A program made the translations under genes and the position numbers. A stretch of DNA of 64,000 nt from a virus: the IMG/VR virus record IMGVR_UViG_3300042294_003292, positions 1-64,000 of that record. One strand, written 5' to 3'. Of the stretch, positions 27,896-37,758 are shown in pieces; positions within the stretch are counted from its first letter, which is position 1; the number at the start of each line of letters is the position of its first letter. The notes below the pieces were generated by a model. That model was given only the letters and a program-made list of their open reading frames with translations. It had not been told where the DNA came from and ran no database searches.

Positions 27896-30800
27896 ATGCC
27901 CAAATACTATGTAAAGATGCGTATTGACTTTGCTGGAGAAATTGAAGCAGAATCTAAAGAGGCAGCAGAAGACCTAGCTTGGACTAGCTGGGGTGATTCA
28001 ATGGACAATGAAATAACCTATGATGGTGTTTATGACATTGACGTTGAGGAAATTGAGGATGACGAGGAAGACGAGGAATAAATGTCCTACCCTAGTGTTA
28101 TAGTGGATACTATGAATGCCCCTGTTGAATGCCCCAATCACAATGGTTCTTTTGACTGTAATCCTTTTTGTCGTTTGTGTGAGGGAAACCAGGAAACAAC
28201 TCTAGACGAAATGCTATACCAAGCAGATTCAGTATCGTTTGATGGTTGTCACAAAATCTATCTAAACATGGACGCCAAGCAGACTGAGAAGATGGTTGGC
28301 TATGGTTATGACAAGACTATTAGTGATACACCTGCTGCCATGAAAGACCTAGTCTTTTCTTGGTATGAAGATTCTTGTAGTCTCAGATTCATTGACGCTG
28401 TATTTACTGATGACGACGAGACTGACAAGTTTATTACTGTTATTGGACAATTCTTTGGAGAGGACGAAGACGAATGAAAGAGTGGACTCAGTTCATAAAC
28501 AAGACTGACAAGAATGAGTTTGAGACTTTGCTAGCAGACATAATGTCAGAGGCTCTTGCTAAAATAGACTCTATCCCTGATGAAGAATTAGAAAGGCTAG
28601 TTGACTGTGAGTAGTCCTATGAAAAAGTATGTAGTTACTTATACCGCTGAGTATGTGGTAGAAGCTCTTGACGAAGAAGAAGCTATTGACCAAGCGATAG
28701 AGATACACTTTGAATTACCTGACGGAAGCTGGGAGGCAACTCTTGAAAACTAATGAAGAAATCATTGAGTATCTTACTAAAGACATTCAAGAGCTAATGC
28801 CTGAGAGAGAGTCTCTTGACATCAACGATTCCTATGGCGACTACCTTGATGGCATCATTGGTAGAAGCCAGTCTGTCCTAAGAATGATGGGTGTTCCAGA
28901 AGTTCTTATCCCGCAGAATGGAGACTGCTAATGTATAGCAAGATTTGGACTGTTGAGAAAGATGGAGAACACGTTCCGATTGTCTTTGTTACAAAGAAAG
29001 ACGCTGTGGAGTGGATAGCAGAAAAAGAGAATCCAGATAAGTACACATACTACAAGGAGACAGATAAGTAATGGCTGTATCAGAGATGGAACAGATTGGC
29101 TATGAGCAGGGTATGGTTGATACCCTTGCTTATGTAGAAAGAACAATAACAAAAGCTATGGACAATCCTGCGATGGACATCTTGACACCACGACAGGTAC
29201 TGGGTATACTATTGGCATCTATCAGAATACAAGAAGAGGACGAATAAATGGCTTGGGTAACTAACGATGGTGAATACAATGGCTCTTCCCTTGTGTTGGA
29301 GTTTGACTTCAATGCCCTCAACGAACAGCAGTGGTCTAACCTAGAGGACATGTCTTCTATGGACAGGCTTGACTATGTTGAGGCTATCCTTGCTGGAGAT
29401 GACGACAAAGTTCGTCACATTGAGCTTGATAACTTTACAGAGGAGTGGGGTCTGGAGTAATCCAGGCCTTACGGCCTCGGGCCATCTTAATATAAACTGT
29501 TTAACCCCAAAAAACCTTTACGATCCTTTGAAAAATTTTCCCAGATCTATTGACAATGTCGTAGGGTTAGTGTATAGTAATAGCTAGTAGGAAGGAAACC
29601 CAATGAGACAATCTGTCATGGTAAATAAAATTGATACTGATAAGCTAACCAAGCTGTTGTATTGGAAGGCTGTTGAGGTTGGATCTGATTCAAGACCTGA
29701 AGGTGAATCAATGGTTGTTGTCAATACCCCAAAAGGTTTAGCTACCGTATGCCATGAAGGCGTTGGATGGTGGAAGAATGACGACAACAAGTACCTTGTA
29801 GGTGGCTACATTGGATACAGCAACCCTACGTACTACATCACAGAAGATGAATTACTATCCTGTTTGTCAGATGAGATGGTAGATCTAGCAAGTTTTATAA
29901 ATACCTTTGGGGATAGGCTAGAGAACAACTACAGCTTATGGTACCACCAGGTAAAGGACACCCCACAAAATGTCAGTGGGTTGGCGTATAATCATTAAGA
30001 AAGGAAAGTAGATGCCCCTCTATAAAATACAACGAGAGTACACCAACTGGGAAGAGATTACAGTTGAGGCTGATTCAGAAGACCAGGCACTGGAGCTGGC
30101 TGAGGATGAAGATACATGGGAGTATGCATATGATGTTAACTCATATAATTACACAGGCGAGACATGGATTGAGGAACAGTAATGGCAAAGCACGTACACT
30201 ACTATAGCTATGGCGCTTGCACCTGGTGTGGCAAGAAGGTCAACAAAGGCCTTGGCGTGGATCTATACCGTGGAAAAAAAGTTTAAGAACCCTCTTGACA
30301 AAACCCCAGAAATTTGAGACAATAGTTTTACCCTAGAGAAAGTATAACCCCAATGCACGTAATACAATACATTGCAACAAAAGCAGATGACACCAGCCAT
30401 GCATTCAACTCTGTCAAAAACTATCTTGAGGAACAGCTAGGTAGCGGAGACAACTACAACACTTGGTATGACTGGTTCATAACAGGCGGAGGACGTTGGG
30501 CCTCTGGAGAAGACAATCAGTATAACGATAACTATCAGGGTGATGTAGTTCATCAGTCTGACCCTAAGTTTGAGGAATACCTAGATACCGCTCACAAATA
30601 CAGGCAGCAGGAGCTATCAGAGTATGAGGCTCAGGCACGTAAGATAAATCTAACAGAACTATTAGACAGCCTTCAAGACTTTGAGTTTGACCACTTCAAG
30701 GCTGGTATGGAGCTATACCCTATTAAGAAGCTGTATGACCTATGCATGGGTGTATGGGACTATCAGTCTTACTTCTTTGACATTGATAACGATAGCACCA

Positions 30801-31649
30801 GCAGAAAATATATGCGTGAAAGTATTGACAAAGGAGCAGATAGCTGGTATCTTGTTCCTGTGGACTTCCATTTTTAGAAAGTAGGAGCAATGGAAATGAC
30901 AAAAGTAGAACCGCAGTACACAGAGTATCAGGGCTGGAATGAGTGGGCTGATAAGTACAAGCCAATCAAAAACCATCTTGTTTCTGACCCAGACCAGCAG
31001 ATGTTTGAGACCTATGGCGAAGAGCTGGAGTATGTTCAGTCTGTTGAGCCTAACCGTATCTGGACCTACCTACAGGGAGACATGTCTGACCTTATTTGCG
31101 CAGGCTATCACTTTGTAAACAGGATTGGTTACTACATCACTGAGGTACCTTGGACCAACGAAGATGACTATGTCCTTCTATCAGTAGAAGAAGAGTGTAA
31201 GTGTTACAGCGAAGACGAAGATGTCATGGCAACCCGCAACGATGAGTATGGGGACCCAAGCTGTGTAGAGTGCGAAGGGTATGGATATGTCACAAACTAT
31301 GTATAGAAACAAGAACAGAAACAAGACTCTTATTGACTATGACCTTAACATCTACATGCCTGAAGAGTACGACGACATATCAGATGAGTACTACTTTGAC
31401 CCAAGTAACTGGAAGATTCATGTCTACATTGTTAACGACCGTGGCCACGAGGAATGGGATGAGCCGTTGCATCTGACAGCTGAAGAGATTAGGCACCTAG
31501 GCCTAAACAGGGAATCGTACTTCAAAGACGAACAAGACGTCTGGTACGGCCTGGAGGGATTTAGGTTAGACTATTGGGATAGGATGTCCGATAGGCTGAA
31601 GGAATATTTCGATCGCCTGCCTAAGTACGTAGAGGACGTAGGTCCATAA
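27896..31649 (+). CDS. Run of small, mostly acidic hypothetical genes (27896-28081, 28112-28477, ~28740-28931, 29248-29460, 29603-29998, 30353-30877, 30890-31306, ~31299-31649 and shorter ORFs)
   Basis: Co-oriented, tightly packed ORFs with RBSs; no recognisable domains. Confidence 0.6.
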
Positions 31650-31661
31650 TTAAATAAGGAT

Positions 31662-31767
31662 TGATGCGTTGAGCTGAGCTCCGCATCATGTGAGATACGA
31701 CAGTTAGGGGTAGCTAGCGTATCTCAAGGGGTGTCAAGACTTTTCCTACTTTCAGTCTTGACACCCC
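31662..31767 (+). ncRNA. Three consecutive hairpins, last with anti-RBS loop
   Basis: TGATGCG..CGCATCA; TGAGATACG..CGTATCTCA; GGGGTGTCAAGACT/AGTCTTGACACCCC with loop TTTCCTACTTTC. Confidence 0.5.
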
Positions 31768-31812
31768 CACCAATTTGTGGGATAATACACATAGGAGAAT
31801 AACCAGATTGAG

Positions 31813-32002
31813 AATGAGTGATGAGGAAAAGGTCGCAGTAAAAATCACTGGACTTCTCTCTGACCATAGGCTAAACTTAGATAGGGTTGGCTTGTATGTG
31901 GCAAGAGAAGAACCAAGTAGCAATTACAGACGACTGATGATTGTGGCGGAAGCCGCTGATGAAGAATGGGAGAGTAGGTATGGCAGACACGACAGAGTAT
32001 AG
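31813..32002 (+). CDS. Hypothetical protein (start approximate)
   Basis: MSDEEKVAVKI...; downstream of TTGACA-N17-GATAAT. Confidence 0.5.
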
Positions 32003-32261
32003 AACACAGATAGAAGTCCTAGCAGAACTTTGGATGGACTATCGTGATGACGAAGCATTTGCCGAATTGTTTGAGTATGCTGATTTGGGCTTTCCCCTTT
32101 CCTATGCTCTGGACAACGGAGTTGTGGATTCAACTGTTCACGCAGAGAAACTTATCGAAAGCACATTTGATTTGCTACTCAAACTTCTTGCCGTTGAGGA
32201 CACAGGGTTTGAGAGCCTGAACGATTTGCTTGACACAGCTGAGCAGAAGAATCAAAAGTAA
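31980..32261 (+). CDS. Hypothetical protein, paralog of 37759..38034
   Basis: LAELWMDYR...EYADLGFP...VEDTGF. Confidence 0.7.
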   Translation: MADTTEYRTQIEVLAELWMDYRDDEAFAELFEYADLGFPLSYALDNGVVDSTVHAEKLIESTFDLLLKLLAVEDTGFESLNDLLDTAEQKNQK

Positions 32262-32516
32262 TCTAGTCTAACTTCCTGATCCTGGTTATCAGGGGGGTAG
32301 GCCCGAGTACCTTTATCAAAATGTTATAAAACCACTATTGACAAACCTTATTACGATGGTATATAATATTTCCCTGAAATTTGATCGATGCCTATCCAAA
32401 CCTCAAACCTTATTTAAATAAACATATTACGATCAGATCAAAAAAATCGCTGAAATATTTGGCTATAAGGGTTTGGGTATTTTTAGAAGTCTTACCAAAC
32501 ATGATATACTTTATAC

Positions 32517-32711
32517 ATGAGTCCAAGAAACTATCTAAGAGTCTTTCATCCAGAAGAAGCCAGGAAGATTGATCAGGGATATTCTGATGCTGGTATTATA
32601 GTCGTTAATGTATTTACTAGAGCTATAAGGTTTATGTTTCCTTTCTTTGTGCCTCGGGCTGAAGAGTCTATCAAGACTGATAATGATAATGCCGAAGGCA
32701 TCAAAGAATAA
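32517..32711 (+). CDS. Hypothetical protein (coordinates approximate)
   Basis: TGATATACT shortly before ATG. Confidence 0.45.
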   Translation: MSPRNYLRVFHPEEARKIDQGYSDAGIIVVNVFTRAIRFMFPFFVPRAEESIKTDNDNAEGIKE

Positions 32712-32883
32712 CCCCCTTCCCCCCTATATAAATAACATTACGAAGAACAATTATTTTTCCCTGAAATATAAAACCTTTTAAATCTTTTTGGCCAGATTTC
32801 ATTTAAAATGGTTTAGTTTTTTATATTTTTATGGCCATATTTTGTATAAAAAATGCTTGACATTTGACGGATATTATGATATA

Positions 32884-32910
32884 GGGGTTTGGGGGTATAG
32901 GGGTTTGGGG
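32884..32910 (+). repeat. G-quadruplex-type tract
   Basis: GGGG-TTT-GGGGG-TATA-GGGG-TTT-GGGG. Confidence 0.7.
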
Positions 32911-33265
32911 TTTGAAATGATTACGAGTTTAAGTTAATATGTGCTCCATTCTCCACTATCCTCCATATCACTCCACTTTAACTCTATTAAACTTAATAAA
33001 CAGTAAGATCTTTTAGTCTAAAACCATGTCCAAAACATACTCTAAATAGCCCTAGAATGGATTCTGACGGGGTATTCAAACCTTCGTAAGACGGATATGG
33101 GGTTATCTTCGATTACGTCTTTTCTTGGTTTCATCTAGCTCAAATAGCACCAAAACCACAGCTGCCAATAGGAAAGATCCCACCAAAGAACATACTAACA
33201 AATACGTATTATCCATACGTATAAGTATAACTTATTATGTATTTATATAGGGGGTGGAGGTTTGC

Positions 33266-33853
33266 TTATTCGATACCGTCGGAGATTCCAGCATCTCTTA
33301 TCTTACGTACTTCATCAAAGATAGGGTCATCCTGGCTATACCGCATGTGCGAATAGTCTACCTCACCTGTGGCATCTGGAAACCTAAAGAAGATCATTGT
33401 GACGAACTCTCCTTCTTTAAAGGTTTTATGTGGTCTCCAGTGTGGATACTCGTTGGGGTTAAATATGATAGCCTCATTGTCTTCCATCTCGAAGACTTCC
33501 TTGTCTACCCCAAGACCCCATGTCGTATTGGACTTGTATTGGTAGTCAATGATTAGGTCATTGGTATCACCATCATAATGTGGTGGCAGGTTAGGCTGAC
33601 CATACTTAGCCTCATAGTCCACAAACATGCCAGACATTGGTTGTAGTGGTCTTCCCACTAGAAGCTCAACTCTCATCTTGATAGACTCTAGCATTGAGTT
33701 CGGAAGAAATACCGCATACATTATCCTACCTAGAGTTGGGTCTTCCTTTTTCTCTGACCTGGATGTCCACTCTTCTTCGTCAGTTAGCAAGTAGTGGATA
33801 GTCTCTAGCTCTTCTGGGAGGAGGAAGTCTTTGACCCTGTATACGTTTTCCAT
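33266..33853 (-). CDS. 2OG-Fe(II) oxygenase-like protein
   Basis: VKDFLLPEE, LPPHYD, PHWR. Confidence 0.7.
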   Translation of the reverse strand: MENVYRVKDFLLPEELETIHYLLTDEEEWTSRSEKKEDPTLGRIMYAVFLPNSMLESIKMRVELLVGRPLQPMSGMFVDYEAKYGQPNLPPHYDGDTNDLIIDYQYKSNTTWGLGVDKEVFEMEDNEAIIFNPNEYPHWRPHKTFKEGEFVTMIFFRFPDATGEVDYSHMRYSQDDPIFDEVRKIRDAGISDGIE

Positions 33854-33861
33854 GAAGTCTA

Positions 33862-34074
33862 TTATACCAGGATGTCCTTCAGGTGGGAAAAGATGGTCTC
33901 CTGATAGAGGGGTGTCCTTGTCCTATGAGACTGCTCTTCTAGACTATTTATTTCATTAAGAATACGCTGTCTCTCGTCCCTCTTTACCTTCTCTAGAAAG
34001 TCATTAATTGCCTTTGCATCTGACTTAGACATAGCTGAATTTAGGACTAGCATTCCGTGTTCGTAGTTGATCAT
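33862..34074 (-). CDS. Hypothetical protein
   Basis: ORF with ERQRI motif shared by neighbours. Confidence 0.5.
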   Translation of the reverse strand: MINYEHGMLVLNSAMSKSDAKAINDFLEKVKRDERQRILNEINSLEEQSHRTRTPLYQETIFSHLKDILV

Positions 34075-34300
34075 TTCGTTACCTTATAAAGTAGCCACCA
34101 AGCAAATAGGATTCCAAAGGCTACATAGTATGCCCAGGCAGCCCCTAGGATATCTCTCATAAATTGGTCCATTGTTTTCCTTAAGTGAAAGTTATTGTTC
34201 TTTTAATGAAAGTATACAGGGAATGGTAGAGAATGTCAAGACGGAGTCTTGTTGTGATCTCTTATTTACCGCCGAGCTTTTTGCGCCCGAACTTTAATTG

Positions 34301-34374
34301 TAGGATGACTGGGACTTGAACCCAGGACCGACGGATTATGAGTCCGTTGCTCTAACCCGCTGAGCTACCATCCC
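34301..34374 (-). tRNA. tRNA with CAT anticodon (Ile2-like or Met)
   Basis: GGGATGG acceptor, TAGCTCAG D-arm, ACGGA-CTCATAA-TCCGT anticodon arm, GTTCAAGTC T-loop; no CCA. Confidence 0.85.
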
Positions 34375-35637
34375 AGGGCTTTATGACAATATCTAAATCA
34401 GGATACTCTTCTATAATCCTTTTACGAGCATGTCCAATATCGTGCCCTGCCTGTTCGTGCTTGTCTAGGTGTGCCAGCGCATTGCGTGGTGTGCTAAAGC
34501 TAGCGAAAAAGTCGTCGGCCTCTATAGATAACCCAAGGCCACTTAGCCAACATCCACAGCACTCAATAAATCCATCTACATGCTCAAACATATAGATGTC
34601 TGATGTACTAAATCTTTCAAAGCTCATTTAATCTTCTCCCCTAATTAGTACAATTATATCGCAAATTCGGCAGGCCATTCCTTCGTAGTGGGTCTTACCA
34701 TTGTGCCCCGTTTCTACATGCAAAATTTCAATAATTCTATCTTGCTCATATTTTGCTCCCTGGGCCCAGGTATCAGACTGAAGCCTGTATAGCTGCTCTG
34801 GAGTCAGCTTGGCAGGATCCAGCATATCCCTCACTTCTTATAGCCTCTCCAAAACGAATAAACATATCTGCCCAAATAAATATTTATTCCCTTATACTTT
34901 GGGTGAACATCAATAACAAATCCGAAGAACTTATTTGGCTCATACTTGTGTGGACCGTGTTTGCGATAGTTAATCCATTTCTTCTTTAGCCTGTCTTGCA
35001 AGTCTTTGTCTGTGTAGCCTTCTGCGTGTAGGCTTGCCATCTTAGCCATTCTGCTCTCCCTCTGAATGCCAGAACTCTATGCCCATGTAAAGGTTTAGTA
35101 TCTCAAATGTGAATGATCTATCATATAAGTTAATGTTTGCACCAATGCCCCAGTGATCTGTTCTACCAGCATAGAAACATATACTATTAAATAGCACAAT
35201 GCTTCCTGATAGGCCCCAGCTACTCTTTTCAATCTTAATCCACTTACTCATCTGTCTCTCCTTTGATTAGTTCAATGGCATATGCATAACTAGGTGCAGA
35301 GCAGTCTTCTGGATAACAGCCCAGCTCACAGTCTCTATGTTCGGCAAGAGGCTCTAACAATTTAATGATACGCTCACGCTCATAATCTCTGCCAGCGTTC
35401 CAATACTTCTTGTCACTAATAGTGTAATCAGTTAGCCCCATGCTCTACCCAGTCTCCCTTATAGGTAAAGTTTACTCCCATGCCAGGCAGGTAGACGCAA
35501 ATCTCGTCTGGCTCTAGGTATTTGGTTTGCTTATCAGATGTGATAAGGAACATCCACGTTCCCTCCGATATAGGCGTTTCTACATCTATATCACTCATAA
35601 GATTAATATATGTATCACGTTTAGCTGTTACAAACAC
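34352..35637 (-). CDS. Six small hypothetical genes (34352-34627, 34628-34834, 34831-35049, 35042-35251, 35244-35441, 35428-35637)
   Basis: Overlapping stop/start coupling; TTGACA-N17-TAAAAT promoter near 35664-35692. Confidence 0.6.
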
Positions 35638-35720
35638 AGGGCTCCTTTTATACTTACTTAGATATTTTACAACATTGGCAGATAAATGTCAATACCGCAG
35701 GAATCTGGTAAAATTGATAC

Positions 35721-36115
35721 ATGGACCTGTCTCACTTGACGCCACAAGAAAAGGTGGCATATATCACCTCTAGAATTAAAGACCCATGCCCAGATGGCCA
35801 GCATGTTTACGAAGACCTGGTAAAGGTTTTGGGCAAGTCAACAATTCTTGATCAAATCTGCACTGTTTGTTTTAATTTTCAGGGATGGATATACAACTGG
35901 GAAAAACAAGACTGATGGTATAATAAAAAACTATGTCAAGAACACAACACGAATTTGAGGAGCTTGAGTCTCCAGTTACCCTAACCGTACACACTAAGTC
36001 TCCAAATAAGTGGCTACTTATAGACAGAGAGACTGGTGTTGCATATCAGGGGTCAGAGCATGGTAGATGGGATAAGCTGATTCCCAAAGTTAAAGAAGAA
36101 AAACCACAGATATAA
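35721..36115 (+). CDS. Two small hypothetical genes (35721-35915, 35933-36115)
   Basis: Each ATG preceded by TGGTA(A/T)AAT -10. Confidence 0.5.
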
Positions 36116-36383
36116 TAATCTTATGGCCCCTATTCTTTGTGTCTCCTGTGGACAACCAGCCACAGAGCCTAGTAGAATTTCAAATGGAATAATTCCAAGG
36201 TTTCCAATAAGGTGTCTTAGCTGTTCAAAAAAGACTTAATCGTTATTTAGTAATTGATTGTCAAGCTCTACTTCCAGAAACCTTATATCCATTTCAATAG
36301 TCTCTATAGCCTCAGCATTCATAGCCAAGCCCATCTCTAGCCTATCTAGGGCTCTTTTGATCACCTCCAGCTCTTGGAAGATA

Positions 36384-36578
36384 TCATTCATAAATAATCC
36401 TGTTTAGCTCTTCTTTGCTAATGTAGACGTTATTATAGCCTGGAGATAGCTCCTGTAGCTTAGACCATATTTCGTCTTGCTTCTTTTTCTGTCCCGCCTT
36501 AAAAGCATCAGCAACAAACTTCATATCTTCTGGAGAGCTTGCACTAGAAAGCTGAACGCTATACTCAAACATACCCAT
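36384..36578 (-). CDS. Hypothetical protein
   Basis: ORF in minus-strand run. Confidence 0.5.
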   Translation of the reverse strand: MGMFEYSVQLSSASSPEDMKFVADAFKAGQKKKQDEIWSKLQELSPGYNNVYISKEELNRIIYE

Positions 36579-36589
36579 GGCTTCTTAGA

Positions 36590-36931
36590 CTAAAAGTCTT
36601 CCTCTTCTAACCACTCAACTATGTCTGGGTTATCACGAAGAACCATAAGGATAGCATTTTCATAAACCCCAATGAAGTAGTGCTCCCATTCTTCAAAGTC
36701 AGCTTCTGGCTTTGGCATTACGTTTTCAAAGACCATTCTCATTGCATGCAGAATTTCGTGCAACAGCGTGACCTGTTGCTTGCTACGGCTAAGTGCACTA
36801 GAAACAACAATAAGATTCCCCATATCCAAAGTATAGCCATTTGTTCCATCATTCAACATTCCGTCATTTTTTGGATCACGGAAGTCAATCTTAAATATCT
36901 GACTTCCCACTTTTACTTTTGTAGGTTTCAT
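36590..36931 (-). CDS. HExxH metallopeptidase-like protein
   Basis: TLLHEILHA. Confidence 0.6.
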   Translation of the reverse strand: MKPTKVKVGSQIFKIDFRDPKNDGMLNDGTNGYTLDMGNLIVVSSALSRSKQQVTLLHEILHAMRMVFENVMPKPEADFEEWEHYFIGVYENAILMVLRDNPDIVEWLEEEDF

Positions 36932-37115
36932 TCTTAGAGCTCCTCAACCTCAGATGTTTCTCTAATGCTAATTGCACGTTGAACACCTGCAATGTACCCC
37001 TGCTGCCAAGAGGTGACGGCACTTTCGGTTGTTTCTCTTCCGACGCTTGCCATCCATTTTTGTAAATCTAAAGCGGCAAACTTAACTACTTCTGATTCAA
37101 TATCCACTTAATCTC

Positions 37116-37610
37116 CTATGCTACTAATGGCTCTTTGTTTACATGCGTTACCCAAAAATAGCTACAGGTTTCGCAGCATGGCTTGTTATCCTTGCTCATG
37201 GTTGCGATCTTGAACGAGTAGTAATATTCTGGGTCCTTCCTGTAAAGGTTTGCCCTATGCGTTGTTATGATTCTATCACTAAATTCTGGGTTCTGCAACC
37301 ACTCTGGAAACTGGCTTCCCCACAGGGATTTCTTTGATGACCTAAGAACTGCCAGGTTCTCCTCGTTCTTATCGGTTTTAATCCCACGTCTTTTGGCCTC
37401 AGCAACCATAGCCTTGGCGTAGGTAAAAAGAACATGCTCAGAACCACGCCACATTCGAACTGCTGGATGATTTCTCCAGCCAGCCTTGGGATCGTCACTA
37501 GAAAGAACTTTTAGTATCTGGTAAGTTTCTAGTATCTGTTTGTTTAACCTTCGAGAGTCTAGCGTCTTTGCTATGTCATTAAAGTTTTTTGAAGTAAGAA
37601 AGGTTTGCAA
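37116..37610 (-). CDS. MSMEG_6728-like pyrimidine-dimer DNA glycosylase / endonuclease V family
   Basis: MQTFL...LDSRRLNKQILE...HPAVRMWRG...HRANLYRKDP. Confidence 0.8.
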   Translation of the reverse strand: MQTFLTSKNFNDIAKTLDSRRLNKQILETYQILKVLSSDDPKAGWRNHPAVRMWRGSEHVLFTYAKAMVAEAKRRGIKTDKNEENLAVLRSSKKSLWGSQFPEWLQNPEFSDRIITTHRANLYRKDPEYYYSFKIATMSKDNKPCCETCSYFWVTHVNKEPLVA

Positions 37611-37758
37611 AATTATCCTCTAACATTTATCCTATATTTTATGTCTTAATTATAGCTCATGGCCAGCTGCATGTCAACAACATATTTTATTTATGATCAA
37701 TAAGTTAGTTATTGATTATTGACAGATAGCATTATTTTTGATATAATTGTAGCAAGGA

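Larger units (their letters stand above)
21517..29992 (+). promoter_or_regulatory. 18 copies of AATGTC-N12-TAnnnT promoter motif
   Basis: AATGTC at 21517, 21805, 22315, 22501, 22732, 23014, 23292, 23545, 23912, 24915, 25658, 25960, 26631, 27845, 28081, 28542, 29555, 29969, each exactly 12 nt before a TAnnnT hexamer. Confidence 0.8.

Noticed and set aside
21400-32800. CRISPR array or integron attC cassette array
   Set aside because: Repeats are short, degenerate and irregularly spaced with genes between them; no constant repeat-spacer period, attC pattern, integrase or cas gene seen
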